Source: Polyangiaceae bacterium
GTDB lineage: Bacteria > Myxococcota_A > Polyangia > Polyangiales > Polyangiaceae
Assembly (NCBI GenBank): GCA_965222375.1
Contig: CBDCTZ010000016.1
Coordinates: 3,411,963 to 3,475,962 of the forward strand
Length of the DNA stretch: 64,000 bases
Direction: 5' to 3'
Shown: positions 1 through 9,215 of the stretch, piece after piece
How positions within the stretch are numbered: the stretch's first letter is position 1
Layout: the number at the start of each line of letters is the position of its first letter
Made by a program: the position numbers and the translations under genes
The notes under the pieces: generated by a model
Seen by the model: only the letters and a program-made list of their open reading frames with translations
Database searches by the model: none
What the model was told of the DNA's origin: nothing

Positions 1-2
1 CG

Positions 3-2414
3 GCGCTGCAGTTCGAGTTCGAGCCTGCCACTCGCAACGGCAAACCCGTCGTCGCCAAGATCCTCTACAAGTACTCCTTCACCCTCAAGGAAGCGCCTCC
101 GCCCAAAGGACCCGAAGCCAAGCCCACAACGGGCAACCTGGGCGGTAGCTTGCGGATTGCCGAGAACAACGCGCCTCTCGCTGGCGCGGAGGTGGTCGTC
201 ACTGGCCCGGGTGGGACGGAGCAGCGGGTCATCACGGACGAAAGCGGCGCATGGCTCCTCGAAGGGATCCCTCCGGGCAAGTACCGGGTGCGCGCGTCCT
301 CAGAGGGATTTCAGTCCAGGGAGGCCGAAGAAGAAGTCGTCGCTGGGGAAGCCACCGAGGTGACCTACCGCCTAGCGGTTCAGGTTGCCGAGGGCACTCT
401 GGAGGTCGTGGTTCAGGGTGAGCGGCCCCCGCGGGAGGTCACTCGTCGGACCATCGAAAGACGGGAGATCAACCGGATCCCCGGGACCAGCGGCGACGCG
501 CTGCGCTCGATTCAGAGCCTGCCTGGGGTGGCCAGGCCTCCTGGTCTCGCCGGCTTGCTGATCGTGCGGGGCTCCTCCCCCCAGGACACCCAGACCTTCG
601 TGGACGGCAGCAATGTGCCACTGATCTATCACTTCGGCGGTCTATCCAGCGTGATCCCGACGGAGCTCCTGGACCGGATCGACTTCTACCCGGGAAACTT
701 CAGCGCCCGATACGGTCGAGTCATGGGCGGCATCGTGGATGTGGCACTGCGCGAGCCGGATACCAGCTGCAACGCGCCCTATGGGAAGCCGACCAAAGAA
801 AAAGGCTGCTACCACGCCATGGCGCAGGTCGATTTGATTGACGCTCGCGCCATGCTCCAGGGGCCGATTGGGCCTTTGGAGGATTGGAGCTTCGCGCTGG
901 CGGGGCGTCGAAGTTGGATCGACGCTTGGATCACTCCCGTGCTCGAAGAGGCGGGAGCCGGCGTGACCAGCGCGCCGGTGTATTGGGACTATCAGGCGAT
1001 TGCCGAGCACCGTCCGTCCAAGAACACTCGGCTGTCGATGCGTGCTTTCGGGTCTGACGATCGCCTGGAGATCATCATCAACGACCCGGCTGCAAGCGAC
1101 CCGGCCCTGGGCGGTAACCTGGTGCTGCGAACGGGGTTTCACCGGGTTCAGGCAATCTACGAGGGAGCGCTATCACCGGACGTGGACATCAACGCGATGG
1201 TCAGCGGTGGGTCCCAGTTGATTCGCTTCTCCATCGGCAACTTTTTGTTCAATTTGGACGTGTATCCGCTGACGACCCGCAGTGAGCTGGGTTTCAAACT
1301 CACCCGTGGCTTCAAGCTCAACGCGGGCATCGATTTCTTGCTTGCGCCAGCCCAGGTCGAGGTGCGCGCCCCCGCACCGCCGCGACCCGGTGAGCCGGAC
1401 CCGGGTCCCTTCGCAACGCGGCCGCCCCTCGAAACGAAAGTCGATCTCACCATCTTCCGGCCGGCCTGGTACTTGGAAGGAGAGCTGACGCCGACCAAGC
1501 GGTTGCGCATCGTCCCCGGCGTCCGCGTCGATGCGGCTCGAGACACGGGGCACGCGGACTTCAGTCCCCGCGTCAACGCTCGCTACGACATCGTGTCGCC
1601 CACGGATGGCCAAGACGAGACGGCATTTGCCGGCAAGCGCAAACTACGTACGACCGTCAAAGGCGGCATCGGCGTGTTTCATCAGCCGCCCCAGTTTCAG
1701 GAAACCAACGAGGTGTTTGGTACGCCGGGCCTGCGCTCGAATCGGTCCATCCACTACTCCCTTGGCGTCGAGCAAGAGCTGACCCGTCAGGTCGAGCTGT
1801 CCGTGGAAGGCTTCTACAAGGACTTCACGCAGCTGGTTTCCCGCACTCCGAGCGCGTCGGGCACCTTCGACTACAACAACGAAGGTCTGGGCACCGCCGT
1901 GGGGCTCGAGACCCTGCTCAAGTACAAGCCGGACTCTCGCTTCTTCGGCTGGTTGGCCTACACCCTATCCCGCAGCGTGCGGCAGAACAGCCCCGACGAG
2001 GAAGAGTATCTGTTTCAGTTCGATCAGACGCACAACCTCATCGTATTGGGAAGCTACCGCTTGGGACGCGGATGGGAGTTCGGCGCACGCTTCCGAGTCG
2101 TCTCCGGGCCCTTGGAGACTCCAGTGCTCGGTCCTCCCGCGCTGCCTTCGCTGTACGCGGCGGACGCCGGCTCCTATACACGGCTGGACGGGGAATCTTT
2201 CAGCCGCCGCCTGCCCCTGTTTCACCAGCTGGACATGCGCGTCGACAAGCGCTGGCAGTTCAAAGAATGGCGCTTGAGCGCCTACCTCGACATTCAGAAC
2301 GTCTACAATAATCAGGCCGTCGAGGCGCTTGTGTACAATTACAACTTCAGCCAAGAAAGCTTCCAAACCGGGCTTCCCATCATCCCCTCGGTGGGGCTCA
2401 GGGGTGAGTTCTGA
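3..2414 (+). CDS. TonB-dependent receptor with N-terminal TonB C-terminal-like domain and carboxypeptidase-regulatory-like domain (5'-truncated by window)
   Basis: Frame is open from base 3 (ALQFEFEPATRNGKPVVAKILYKYSFTL, TonB_C-like). Plug motifs DALRSIQSLPGV, LIVRGS, IDFYPGNFSARYGRVMGG; barrel ends LDIQNVYN...GLRGEF with terminal Phe. Confidence 0.9.
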   Translation, partial: ALQFEFEPATRNGKPVVAKILYKYSFTLKEAPPPKGPEAKPTTGNLGGSLRIAENNAPLAGAEVVVTGPGGTEQRVITDESGAWLLEGIPPGKYRVRASSEGFQSREAEEEVVAGEATEVTYRLAVQVAEGTLEVVVQGERPPREVTRRTIERREINRIPGTSGDALRSIQSLPGVARPPGLAGLLIVRGSSPQDTQTFVDGSNVPLIYHFGGLSSVIPTELLDRIDFYPGNFSARYGRVMGGIVDVALREPDTSCNAPYGKPTKEKGCYHAMAQVDLIDARAMLQGPIGPLEDWSFALAGRRSWIDAWITPVLEEAGAGVTSAPVYWDYQAIAEHRPSKNTRLSMRAFGSDDRLEIIINDPAASDPALGGNLVLRTGFHRVQAIYEGALSPDVDINAMVSGGSQLIRFSIGNFLFNLDVYPLTTRSELGFKLTRGFKLNAGIDFLLAPAQVEVRAPAPPRPGEPDPGPFATRPPLETKVDLTIFRPAWYLEGELTPTKRLRIVPGVRVDAARDTGHADFSPRVNARYDIVSPTDGQDETAFAGKRKLRTTVKGGIGVFHQPPQFQETNEVFGTPGLRSNRSIHYSLGVEQELTRQVELSVEGFYKDFTQLVSRTPSASGTFDYNNEGLGTAVGLETLLKYKPDSRFFGWLAYTLSRSVRQNSPDEEEYLFQFDQTHNLIVLGSYRLGRGWEFGARFRVVSGPLETPVLGPPALPSLYAADAGSYTRLDGESFSRRLPLFHQLDMRVDKRWQFKEWRLSAYLDIQNVYNNQAVEALVYNYNFSQESFQTGLPIIPSVGLRGEF

Positions 2415-3442
2415 TGCGCAGGGATCTCACAATTGTCCTCGCACTATGCGTCGCTGGCTGTGGCGTCGAGTTCGACCCCCAAAGCGAGGTCCGGTCTCTG
2501 CGCGTCTTGGCGGTGCAAAAGTCCGCGCCCTACGCTGCGCCCGGTGAGGATGTCGACTTGAGCATGCTTTGGTACGACGGTTCCCCAAAGGCGCCCCGCA
2601 ATGTGCAGGTGGCTTGGATCACCGGGTGTTTCAACCCTCCCGGAGACTCCTTCTTCGGCTGCGGAGAGGTGTTCGGAGCTTCGGGCGCGGGTTCGAGCGG
2701 CGGTGGTGGCTTCGGGCTGCCACCGGGAGTGAGCGTGGGGTTTGGCGACAGCTTCAGCTTCCAAATGCCCTCGGACGTCATCTCGTCCCGCCCACCGCCG
2801 ACGGACCCCGCGGTGCCGCGCTACGGCCTCGCCTTCGTGTTCTTCGCGGCCTGTGCCGGCACTCTGGGTGAGGCGCCGCCTGGGCAGCTGACCTTCCCGT
2901 TGGCTTGCTACGACGCTCACGGTGAGCCCTTGGGCTCTGATGATTTCGTCGCAGGCTACTCCTCGGTGTACGCCTACGACTCGCTGCGCAACGCCAACCC
3001 GGTGGTGACGGGCTTTTCTTTTGCGGGGCGGGAGGTAACGCCGTCGTGCATCGGTGCCGCCTGCTTGACCACTCCGGTGAAAGCCATCGACTGCGATGCG
3101 GGCGACCCTTGCGTGAATGCCTGCGCCGATGATGGCGATGAAAGCTGCCCCGACACCACGATGGCGCTGCGCATCGATCGCGCCAGTGCCGAAATCGACG
3201 AGGTGAGCAAGATCGCCTATGGGCGGAACTTCACCGAACAGATGTGGTTGCGCTATTACGTCGAGCGGGGCTCGGTAAAAAGCGATGTGAAGCTCGTGAA
3301 CGACGCCATCAAGGGCTGGAACGACGACTTTTCGACAGAATTCCGCGCTCCGAAGGCAAAGGGGGTCATGAGCATCTGGGCGGCGGTGCATGACAACCGT
3401 GGGGGCGTGGAATGGGCGCGCATCGAGGTCGGCATTCGCTGA
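2414..3442 (+). CDS. Cys-rich lipoprotein coupled to the TBDR
   Basis: TGATG overlap with the receptor; lipobox LCVAGC; multiple Cys. Confidence 0.75.
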   Translation: MRRDLTIVLALCVAGCGVEFDPQSEVRSLRVLAVQKSAPYAAPGEDVDLSMLWYDGSPKAPRNVQVAWITGCFNPPGDSFFGCGEVFGASGAGSSGGGGFGLPPGVSVGFGDSFSFQMPSDVISSRPPPTDPAVPRYGLAFVFFAACAGTLGEAPPGQLTFPLACYDAHGEPLGSDDFVAGYSSVYAYDSLRNANPVVTGFSFAGREVTPSCIGAACLTTPVKAIDCDAGDPCVNACADDGDESCPDTTMALRIDRASAEIDEVSKIAYGRNFTEQMWLRYYVERGSVKSDVKLVNDAIKGWNDDFSTEFRAPKAKGVMSIWAAVHDNRGGVEWARIEVGIR

Positions 3443-3825
3443 CTCGAGCTCTGCTGTTGCTGTGCTGGGCTTCGACCGCCGGCTGCAAGAGCAGGACCGA
3501 ATCGAGGCCGGCATCCAGCAGGACCGGCGCGCGATCACCTCAGGCGCGGCCTGTTGGCTCTGCGAACGCGGCCCCGACGGCCCCGGTTCGGGCTGACGCA
3601 CACGTGGACCTCACCCGCCGCTCCCGCGACCACGGTGATGCGCTGATGCAATCCGCTCAGAAGGACTGCGGCGTGGATGTAGATTGCCGTCACGGTTTGT
3701 GTCGCCGGCGCTGCCAGGCCTTCCTACGCGAGCTGGACGCGGGACAAGCCAGCACCAACCAAAAGACGCGCGCGTTTCTCGGCTGCGTCGCGCAATGCGC
3801 CCGGCCCAGCGCCGCCGGCCCCTAG
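3412..3825 (+). CDS. small hypothetical Cys-containing lipoprotein (start uncertain)
   Basis: Hydrophobic stretch then STAGC; C-terminal Cys cluster; fills the gap to the convergent gene. Confidence 0.45.
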   Translation: MGAHRGRHSLTRALLLLCWASTAGCKSRTESRPASSRTGARSPQARPVGSANAAPTAPVRADAHVDLTRRSRDHGDALMQSAQKDCGVDVDCRHGLCRRRCQAFLRELDAGQASTNQKTRAFLGCVAQCARPSAAGP

Positions 3826-5294
3826 CAGCCCGGCGCGTAGATGTGGAGCGTAGTTTTCAAGCTTGGAGTTTGGCTCGACGGCGTGAGGACGAAACCGAAG
3901 CGTCGACTCGCCGTGACGCCGATCTGATTGATGCTGAAGGACAGTACCGGCGGCGTCTCGCTGCCGAGAGAGAGGCTGGTTCCATTGCGTACGACGCTTC
4001 GGACCAGGGTTTGTTGCGGATCCGGTGGGTAGGCCGCGGTTGTAATGGCCAGACTCGGGTTGAGCAACGCAGATGGGCCAGCTAGCACGCTGTTGGCACT
4101 GCCCTTGTTGTAGGTTGCGACGACGACTTTCGCTTTGTCGTCGAAGGTGTCCGACGTCCCAACCAAGGGCCAGTACAGAACTGCCGCATCGGCTTCGATG
4201 GGTCCGCCATCCGGACCTGACACGCGATTGGTGCCCCAGAGCAGAGACCCCTCATATCCGCTGAGGAAACGGTGGGCGCTGAGAGAAGTCGGTACGTCAA
4301 AACTGAAGGCTTGCTCCGCGGATGAGCCTTGGGCGTTAGCCGTGCCGGCGTCCTTGACGAATCCGAAAGTCGGCGTTTGCTTCCCCGAACTCGTATCTGT
4401 CCGGTAGGTGATGATGCGAGTGCCACTGCTGGCGACGACCGCCTGGCCGCTGGGCAGACCCGCTGCGGGAAACAAGGTGACTGCCGTTTGGTTCGTCAGC
4501 GGTGGAGTGAGCAGGGCCGATGGATAGAGGTTTCCGGCATTGTTCTGAACCAGGAAGAAACCGTCTCCAGCGGCAGGGTAGACGGTGTTGTAGCTATCGG
4601 TGAAGTCCACCGCTGCGGTGCTGGCGGTCAGCGTCGTCGCCAAGGGATCCGAGGGCAAGTCTATCCAGGCGATGCTGAGCTTGTTCGAGGCGATCGGGCC
4701 CAGCATGATCAAGCGCCTTTCTGTCGCCAACATGCGGGTGATCGCAAAGGGTGGGGATTGCACGGTGAGGGGCTCTGGCGCCGTCGGGCTTATCACCCGG
4801 TAGCCGATTAGGCCGGCTGTCGTGCCGACAAACACATAGTCGTCCATGCCGGCGACGCAGCGACTGGCGATGCCGCCGCAGCCAATGTCGTTGTCTAGCG
4901 TCAGCGAATGGGCTTTGAAACTGAAGCTGGCTGGGTCTGAGCACTTTTTCTCTGTCGTGTCGCAGCCGCGTGCGGAGCACGCCGCCATGACGGGGCAGAT
5001 TTCGTAGACACAAGTGCCCGTCGCGCAGCGGCCCTCGATACAGCCGCCTTCGGTGGCGCATTGAAGGTCCGCGTCGCAGGCGCCGCCGGAATCCAGGATC
5101 TTGCCCCCCGTTCCACCACTGCCGGTTCCAGAACTTCCGCCGGTGGCGCCGCCAGCCCCACTCACGCCACCACCCTGTCCGCCCACACCCGCTTCGCTCG
5201 GAATCAGACTTTCATCCAAATCGAGGCTGCATGCCACGAACAAGCCCAGCACTCCGGTGGTGCCGGCTAGCGCTGCCCAGGTATGTGCCCTCAT
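3822..5294 (-). CDS. Gly-rich/Cys-rich surface lipoprotein
   Basis: Lipobox LFVAC, GGxGG linker, Cys-rich repeats, beta-rich C-terminal part; 1-bp overlap with upstream gene. Confidence 0.75.
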   Translation of the reverse strand: MRAHTWAALAGTTGVLGLFVACSLDLDESLIPSEAGVGGQGGGVSGAGGATGGSSGTGSGGTGGKILDSGGACDADLQCATEGGCIEGRCATGTCVYEICPVMAACSARGCDTTEKKCSDPASFSFKAHSLTLDNDIGCGGIASRCVAGMDDYVFVGTTAGLIGYRVISPTAPEPLTVQSPPFAITRMLATERRLIMLGPIASNKLSIAWIDLPSDPLATTLTASTAAVDFTDSYNTVYPAAGDGFFLVQNNAGNLYPSALLTPPLTNQTAVTLFPAAGLPSGQAVVASSGTRIITYRTDTSSGKQTPTFGFVKDAGTANAQGSSAEQAFSFDVPTSLSAHRFLSGYEGSLLWGTNRVSGPDGGPIEADAAVLYWPLVGTSDTFDDKAKVVVATYNKGSANSVLAGPSALLNPSLAITTAAYPPDPQQTLVRSVVRNGTSLSLGSETPPVLSFSINQIGVTASRRFGFVLTPSSQTPSLKTTLHIYAPGC

Positions 5295-6283
5295 CAGAAC
5301 GAGCCCTCCGCAAAGACCCCCGATGGTGTGACCCGTAGCCCCACTTCACTGGGCGGCTTTTCGGGTCCCGACGACATGGATTGCCAAACCACCAAGCCGA
5401 TGCCGGCGGCGGTTAGCACTCCCCCTGTGATGAACAAGATGTTCGTTTTGGTCTCCAGACCCTTTGCATGGTCCAACGTTTCCTGAGTCGGAGCTGCCTT
5501 GTAGGTGTCTTCGGCGTCCTTTGCGGAAATCCCGAGCAATGCGCCGCCTGCAAGGGTTGCCACGCCGGCGCCCGTGGCCACGAAGCCCACGGTCGCCCAC
5601 GCATTCGAAGGTTCCTTCTCTACCCGCACTGGCTGCTTTTTGGGTTCGGCCAGCGGGACCGGCTCGGCGGCCTTCTTGGGCGGGGCTTTCTCCTCCGGCG
5701 TCGCCTTCTTGGTCGTGTCCATTTCCACGGTGCCGCCCTTTTCGAGGTTCACGGTTCGGGATTCCGTCTGGCCGTCTGCGCGCACGATGGTCACCACATG
5801 CGGCCCAGGGCTGCCGTGGAGTCGGGCTGGCGCGGCCGTTTCCATTTGGTCGTCCAGCTGCACTCGAGTGCTGTCTGGGCCCATCACGACGACCACGCCC
5901 GTTTCTTTCTCCAGTTCCGCTAGCCGTTCCCGCGAGCGCGTGGCCTGGGTGTCGCTCAGCTTGGGCGTGGCGAGCGCTTTGGCGTAAGCGTCTGCGGCGC
6001 GAGCCAGTTCTCCCGCAAGCTCCCAAGCTTGGGCAGCGGTGTAAAGAGCTACTGCGTGGGGGCGCAGCCGGCTGGCCGCCTCGAAGCCGCGCGCCGCTTC
6101 CTTGTAGCGCTTGTCCTTCATGGCGTCCTTGGCCTCGTTGTAGAGCTGCCTAGCCTGCTTCGTGGTGTCGTCGGCGTCGGCGTGAGCCGTGCTCGCCGTC
6201 AACGTCGGCACGACGCTGGCGGCGCTAAGGCTGACGCAGAGGGCGAGCGAGCTCAGACGGGAGTGATTGCGTAATCCAAGCAT
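5294..6283 (-). CDS. TPR + PEGA-like exported protein with C-terminal membrane hairpin
   Basis: Signal peptide ending AHA; TPR-like ARQLYNEAK..YKEAARGFEAA; PEGA-like VQLDD...GPHVVTI; two hydrophobic helices; C-terminal FAEGSF. Confidence 0.75.
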   Translation of the reverse strand: MLGLRNHSRLSSLALCVSLSAASVVPTLTASTAHADADDTTKQARQLYNEAKDAMKDKRYKEAARGFEAASRLRPHAVALYTAAQAWELAGELARAADAYAKALATPKLSDTQATRSRERLAELEKETGVVVVMGPDSTRVQLDDQMETAAPARLHGSPGPHVVTIVRADGQTESRTVNLEKGGTVEMDTTKKATPEEKAPPKKAAEPVPLAEPKKQPVRVEKEPSNAWATVGFVATGAGVATLAGGALLGISAKDAEDTYKAAPTQETLDHAKGLETKTNILFITGGVLTAAGIGLVVWQSMSSGPEKPPSEVGLRVTPSGVFAEGSF

Positions 6284-6397
6284 GGGGCAGGGGTCCTCGA
6301 AGGTAGGCGCGCTCGTAGGCGCGCGCCCAGATGTTGGCACGATCGAAACCAGGTCGGCAAAACGTGGCTCCCGGCGAGGTGTGAACCATGCTCGCCG

Positions 6398-8140
6398 CTA
6401 AAAGGGATTCTCCGGGATATCGAGCTTTGGAGGCTTTTTGGGCTTCGTCGGCTTGTCCTCCCTGGAGGTCGACGCCGGGGAGGACCCGGACGTCGAGGTC
6501 GATGTTTTCACTGGAGCTGGCTCGTCCAGCTTTGCCAGCATCACCTCGAGTACGTCGGGGGTGTCAGCATCCAAACGCAAGGTGTCCGTGTGGTAGCCGA
6601 CCGCGCTCGCCTTCAGCATGGAAAACTTGCCTGCCGGCGGTCGCGGTACTTTCGGTTCTGCGCCAACCAACCGCTTGCCATCCAGCTCGAACGCGACGCG
6701 CCCCTTTGGGCTGACGGTTCGAATTATGATGTCGGATTTCTGGGGGGCTGCCGGTGCCGGTTTGGTTTCTTTCGCCGGCTTGGCCGGGGTCGCAACCGGT
6801 GGCGGCGCGACCGCGGCCGGTGCTGGCGGCGGGGGGCTGTCCTTGCTGGAACGCAGCAAGAAAATGCCAGCGCCGCCCACGGCGAAAACCAAGACGCCGA
6901 TGCCTATGCCAAATAGTGCGGTGCGGGCAGTGGTGTCTTGTTGCCGTGCCGGTGGTGGGTGCGGGTACGCGTAGGGCGCCGCTGGAGGCGTGAAAGAGCC
7001 GCTGGGCGTCACCAGAGGCTGCACGCTGCGAATGGCGCTTGCGCTGGGGTTGGAGATTTTGGAGCTGGAAGCCTCGGCTGGCTGGCTGAAGGGCGCTTCG
7101 GGAACCTGTGCGCTGTTGCGAGTTCGTTCCCGAATGAGCGAGGTGCGTTCGTCCACGACGCCGCCCACCCGCTCTCGGGCTAGCTCGGCGACCTGGGTTT
7201 CCGTCACGACCGAACCCGAACGAGCCAGATACTCCTCTAGCGCCCGACGCATGTCGTTGGCTGTGGGATAACGCTCCTCCGGGTCGATACTCATGGCCTT
7301 GAGTACGATGGCCTCGAGCTCGGGCGGGTATCCTGGCGCGACAGATCGGGGCGGAGCGAACTTCCCGGCGAGAAGGGCCTGGAGCGTCGCGACTTGGCTC
7401 TCTCCGGAGAATGGCCGGGAGCCAGTCGTGACCTCGTAAAGGCAGATCCCGAGTGCGAAAACGTCGCTCCGGCGGTCTAGCTTTGCGCCTCCTGCCTGCT
7501 CCGGCGCCATGTAGGCGGCTTTGCCTTTGATCTGTCCGGCGGCCGTAGCTTCGTGGCTACTCCCCAACGCTTTCGCTACGCCAAAGTCCGTCACCTTCAC
7601 GGTGCCACCGACGCTCACCAAGATGTTCTGAGGTGACACATCTCGGTGGACCACGTTCAGAAGTTCGCCGTGTTCGTCTTTCTGCTGGTGCGCAGCGTGC
7701 AACCCAGCTGCGGCGTCCGCGATGATGCGAGCCGCCACTCGGAACTCCAGGGGGTTGGCGCCGCCCCTTTGGCCTCCTCGCCGCGCGGGTTTGAAGATAC
7801 GAGCCAGACTCTCGCCATTGACCCATTCCATGGCGATGTACAGAACGCCGTGGTCTTCGCCAAGATCGAAGATCTCGCAGACATTGGGGTGATGGACGCC
7901 GGCGGCAACCCGCGCTTCGTCCAAGAACATCGCCTCGAAATCTGGGTCACTCGCCAGCGCCGGCAAGATGGTCTTGATCGCGACAACCTTGGAGAAGCCC
8001 CGCTGACCATGCTGTTTTGCAGCCCAGACGCGTGCCATGCCGCCTTCGGCGATGCCGAGCAGGACTTCGTAACGCCCAAGGCGCACGCCCGGGCGAACCT
8101 CGAAGTTGCCAGCAAATCCAGCCTCCAAAGCCGTCATCAA
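6398..8140 (-). CDS. Hanks-type Ser/Thr protein kinase, single TM, Pro-rich extracytoplasmic tail
   Basis: IAEGGMARVW, VAIK, HRDVSPQN, DFG, GKAAYMAPE, DVFALG; TM ALFGIGIGVLVFAVGGAGIFLL. Confidence 0.95.
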   Translation of the reverse strand: MMTALEAGFAGNFEVRPGVRLGRYEVLLGIAEGGMARVWAAKQHGQRGFSKVVAIKTILPALASDPDFEAMFLDEARVAAGVHHPNVCEIFDLGEDHGVLYIAMEWVNGESLARIFKPARRGGQRGGANPLEFRVAARIIADAAAGLHAAHQQKDEHGELLNVVHRDVSPQNILVSVGGTVKVTDFGVAKALGSSHEATAAGQIKGKAAYMAPEQAGGAKLDRRSDVFALGICLYEVTTGSRPFSGESQVATLQALLAGKFAPPRSVAPGYPPELEAIVLKAMSIDPEERYPTANDMRRALEEYLARSGSVVTETQVAELARERVGGVVDERTSLIRERTRNSAQVPEAPFSQPAEASSSKISNPSASAIRSVQPLVTPSGSFTPPAAPYAYPHPPPARQQDTTARTALFGIGIGVLVFAVGGAGIFLLRSSKDSPPPPAPAAVAPPPVATPAKPAKETKPAPAAPQKSDIIIRTVSPKGRVAFELDGKRLVGAEPKVPRPPAGKFSMLKASAVGYHTDTLRLDADTPDVLEVMLAKLDEPAPVKTSTSTSGSSPASTSREDKPTKPKKPPKLDIPENPF

Positions 8141-8239
8141 GTACCTTTCGGCAGTATATCAGCCCAGCGGCGAAGGGCAGGCATGACCTTCCGTCACACG
8201 CTGCGACCTTTCCTTACACTGCGTTTCCTGGGCTTTTTC

Positions 8240-8473
8240 CTACATGCTGCTCTGAGCTCCGGAGGCCCGCGCCATCACCACGCGATTCCCGTACGCCGGA
8301 GGCGGGGCAATCAGCTTGGGTGCGGTGTCATCCGGAGTGCTGCCGGGGCGAATCTCCGTGCTCGGAGGGGTAACCCGTGGCGGTGGCGATGCGGGCTGTA
8401 TTGCCGCGCTACCGCCGCAGCCTGTGGCGAGCGAAAATGCAAGAGCCGCGCTGAAAAAAAATTTTCGGCTCAT
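8240..8473 (-). CDS. small lipoprotein (77 aa)
   Basis: MSRKFFFSAALAFSLATGC signal with lipobox; Pro-rich mature part ending PPPAYGNRVV. Confidence 0.6.
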   Translation of the reverse strand: MSRKFFFSAALAFSLATGCGGSAAIQPASPPPRVTPPSTEIRPGSTPDDTAPKLIAPPPAYGNRVVMARASGAQSSM

Positions 8474-8633
8474 ATTCTAAATATGACACCGAATCGAGAT
8501 TTCGCCACTGCTTGACGGGGTTTTTCCGTGTCAAAAGGGGGCTCCGCAACGCTGGCTGCTCGCTTCGATTTGGACACGAGCCCGCGCACGAGTCGCTCAA
8601 CAAGCGGCGTGAAGTTTTGCTAGGGTCCGTCGC

Positions 8634-9215
8634 GTGGATCGGGGGACGCATGTCTTCTGGGGGATCATTACGGCGCTGGTCATTGCCTCCGCCATTTTCG
8701 GCTCGCTTGCAGAAGACCGACGGCGCGCGGCGCAAACCCGCGGAGGAGATCTGCAAACGGGTGACATGGTTCAGCTCTTCCGCGTGACGGATGGCGACAC
8801 TCTTGTCGTCCGCACGAAGGACGGGGATGAGGCAGTCGTGCGGCTCTTGGGTATCAAGTGCTTCGAACCGTCTCGCGGCAAGGATCCCATCGCCAAGTTC
8901 GGAAGGGCAGCGATCAAAGCCGTCAAGCGCCGCGTCGGGGACCAGCCGCTTCGGGTCCTGCTCCATTCCACGCCCAAGGATCGCCACGGTCGCACCATTG
9001 CCACGCTGATCATCGGGGAGGACGATCTGGCCCGGTACCTGATCAGCCAGGGGCATGCACTGGTTTATCCGGTCTACCCCTTCCCGACGATGCCCGTCTA
9101 TCTGGACGCGCAGTCCAAGGCCCGCGATCAGGGCAACGGGCTGTGGGCAGATGATGCCGCCAGCCGACGTGCCGACGTGCTGTTGGCCGACTGGGGAAAG
9201 CGGGCAGCAGAATGA
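8634..9215 (+). CDS. thermonuclease (SNase) family protein with N-terminal membrane anchor
   Basis: RVTDGDTL, VRLLGI, DRHGRTIA, LISQGHA and GLW motifs. Confidence 0.9.
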   Translation: MDRGTHVFWGIITALVIASAIFGSLAEDRRRAAQTRGGDLQTGDMVQLFRVTDGDTLVVRTKDGDEAVVRLLGIKCFEPSRGKDPIAKFGRAAIKAVKRRVGDQPLRVLLHSTPKDRHGRTIATLIIGEDDLARYLISQGHALVYPVYPFPTMPVYLDAQSKARDQGNGLWADDAASRRADVLLADWGKRAAE

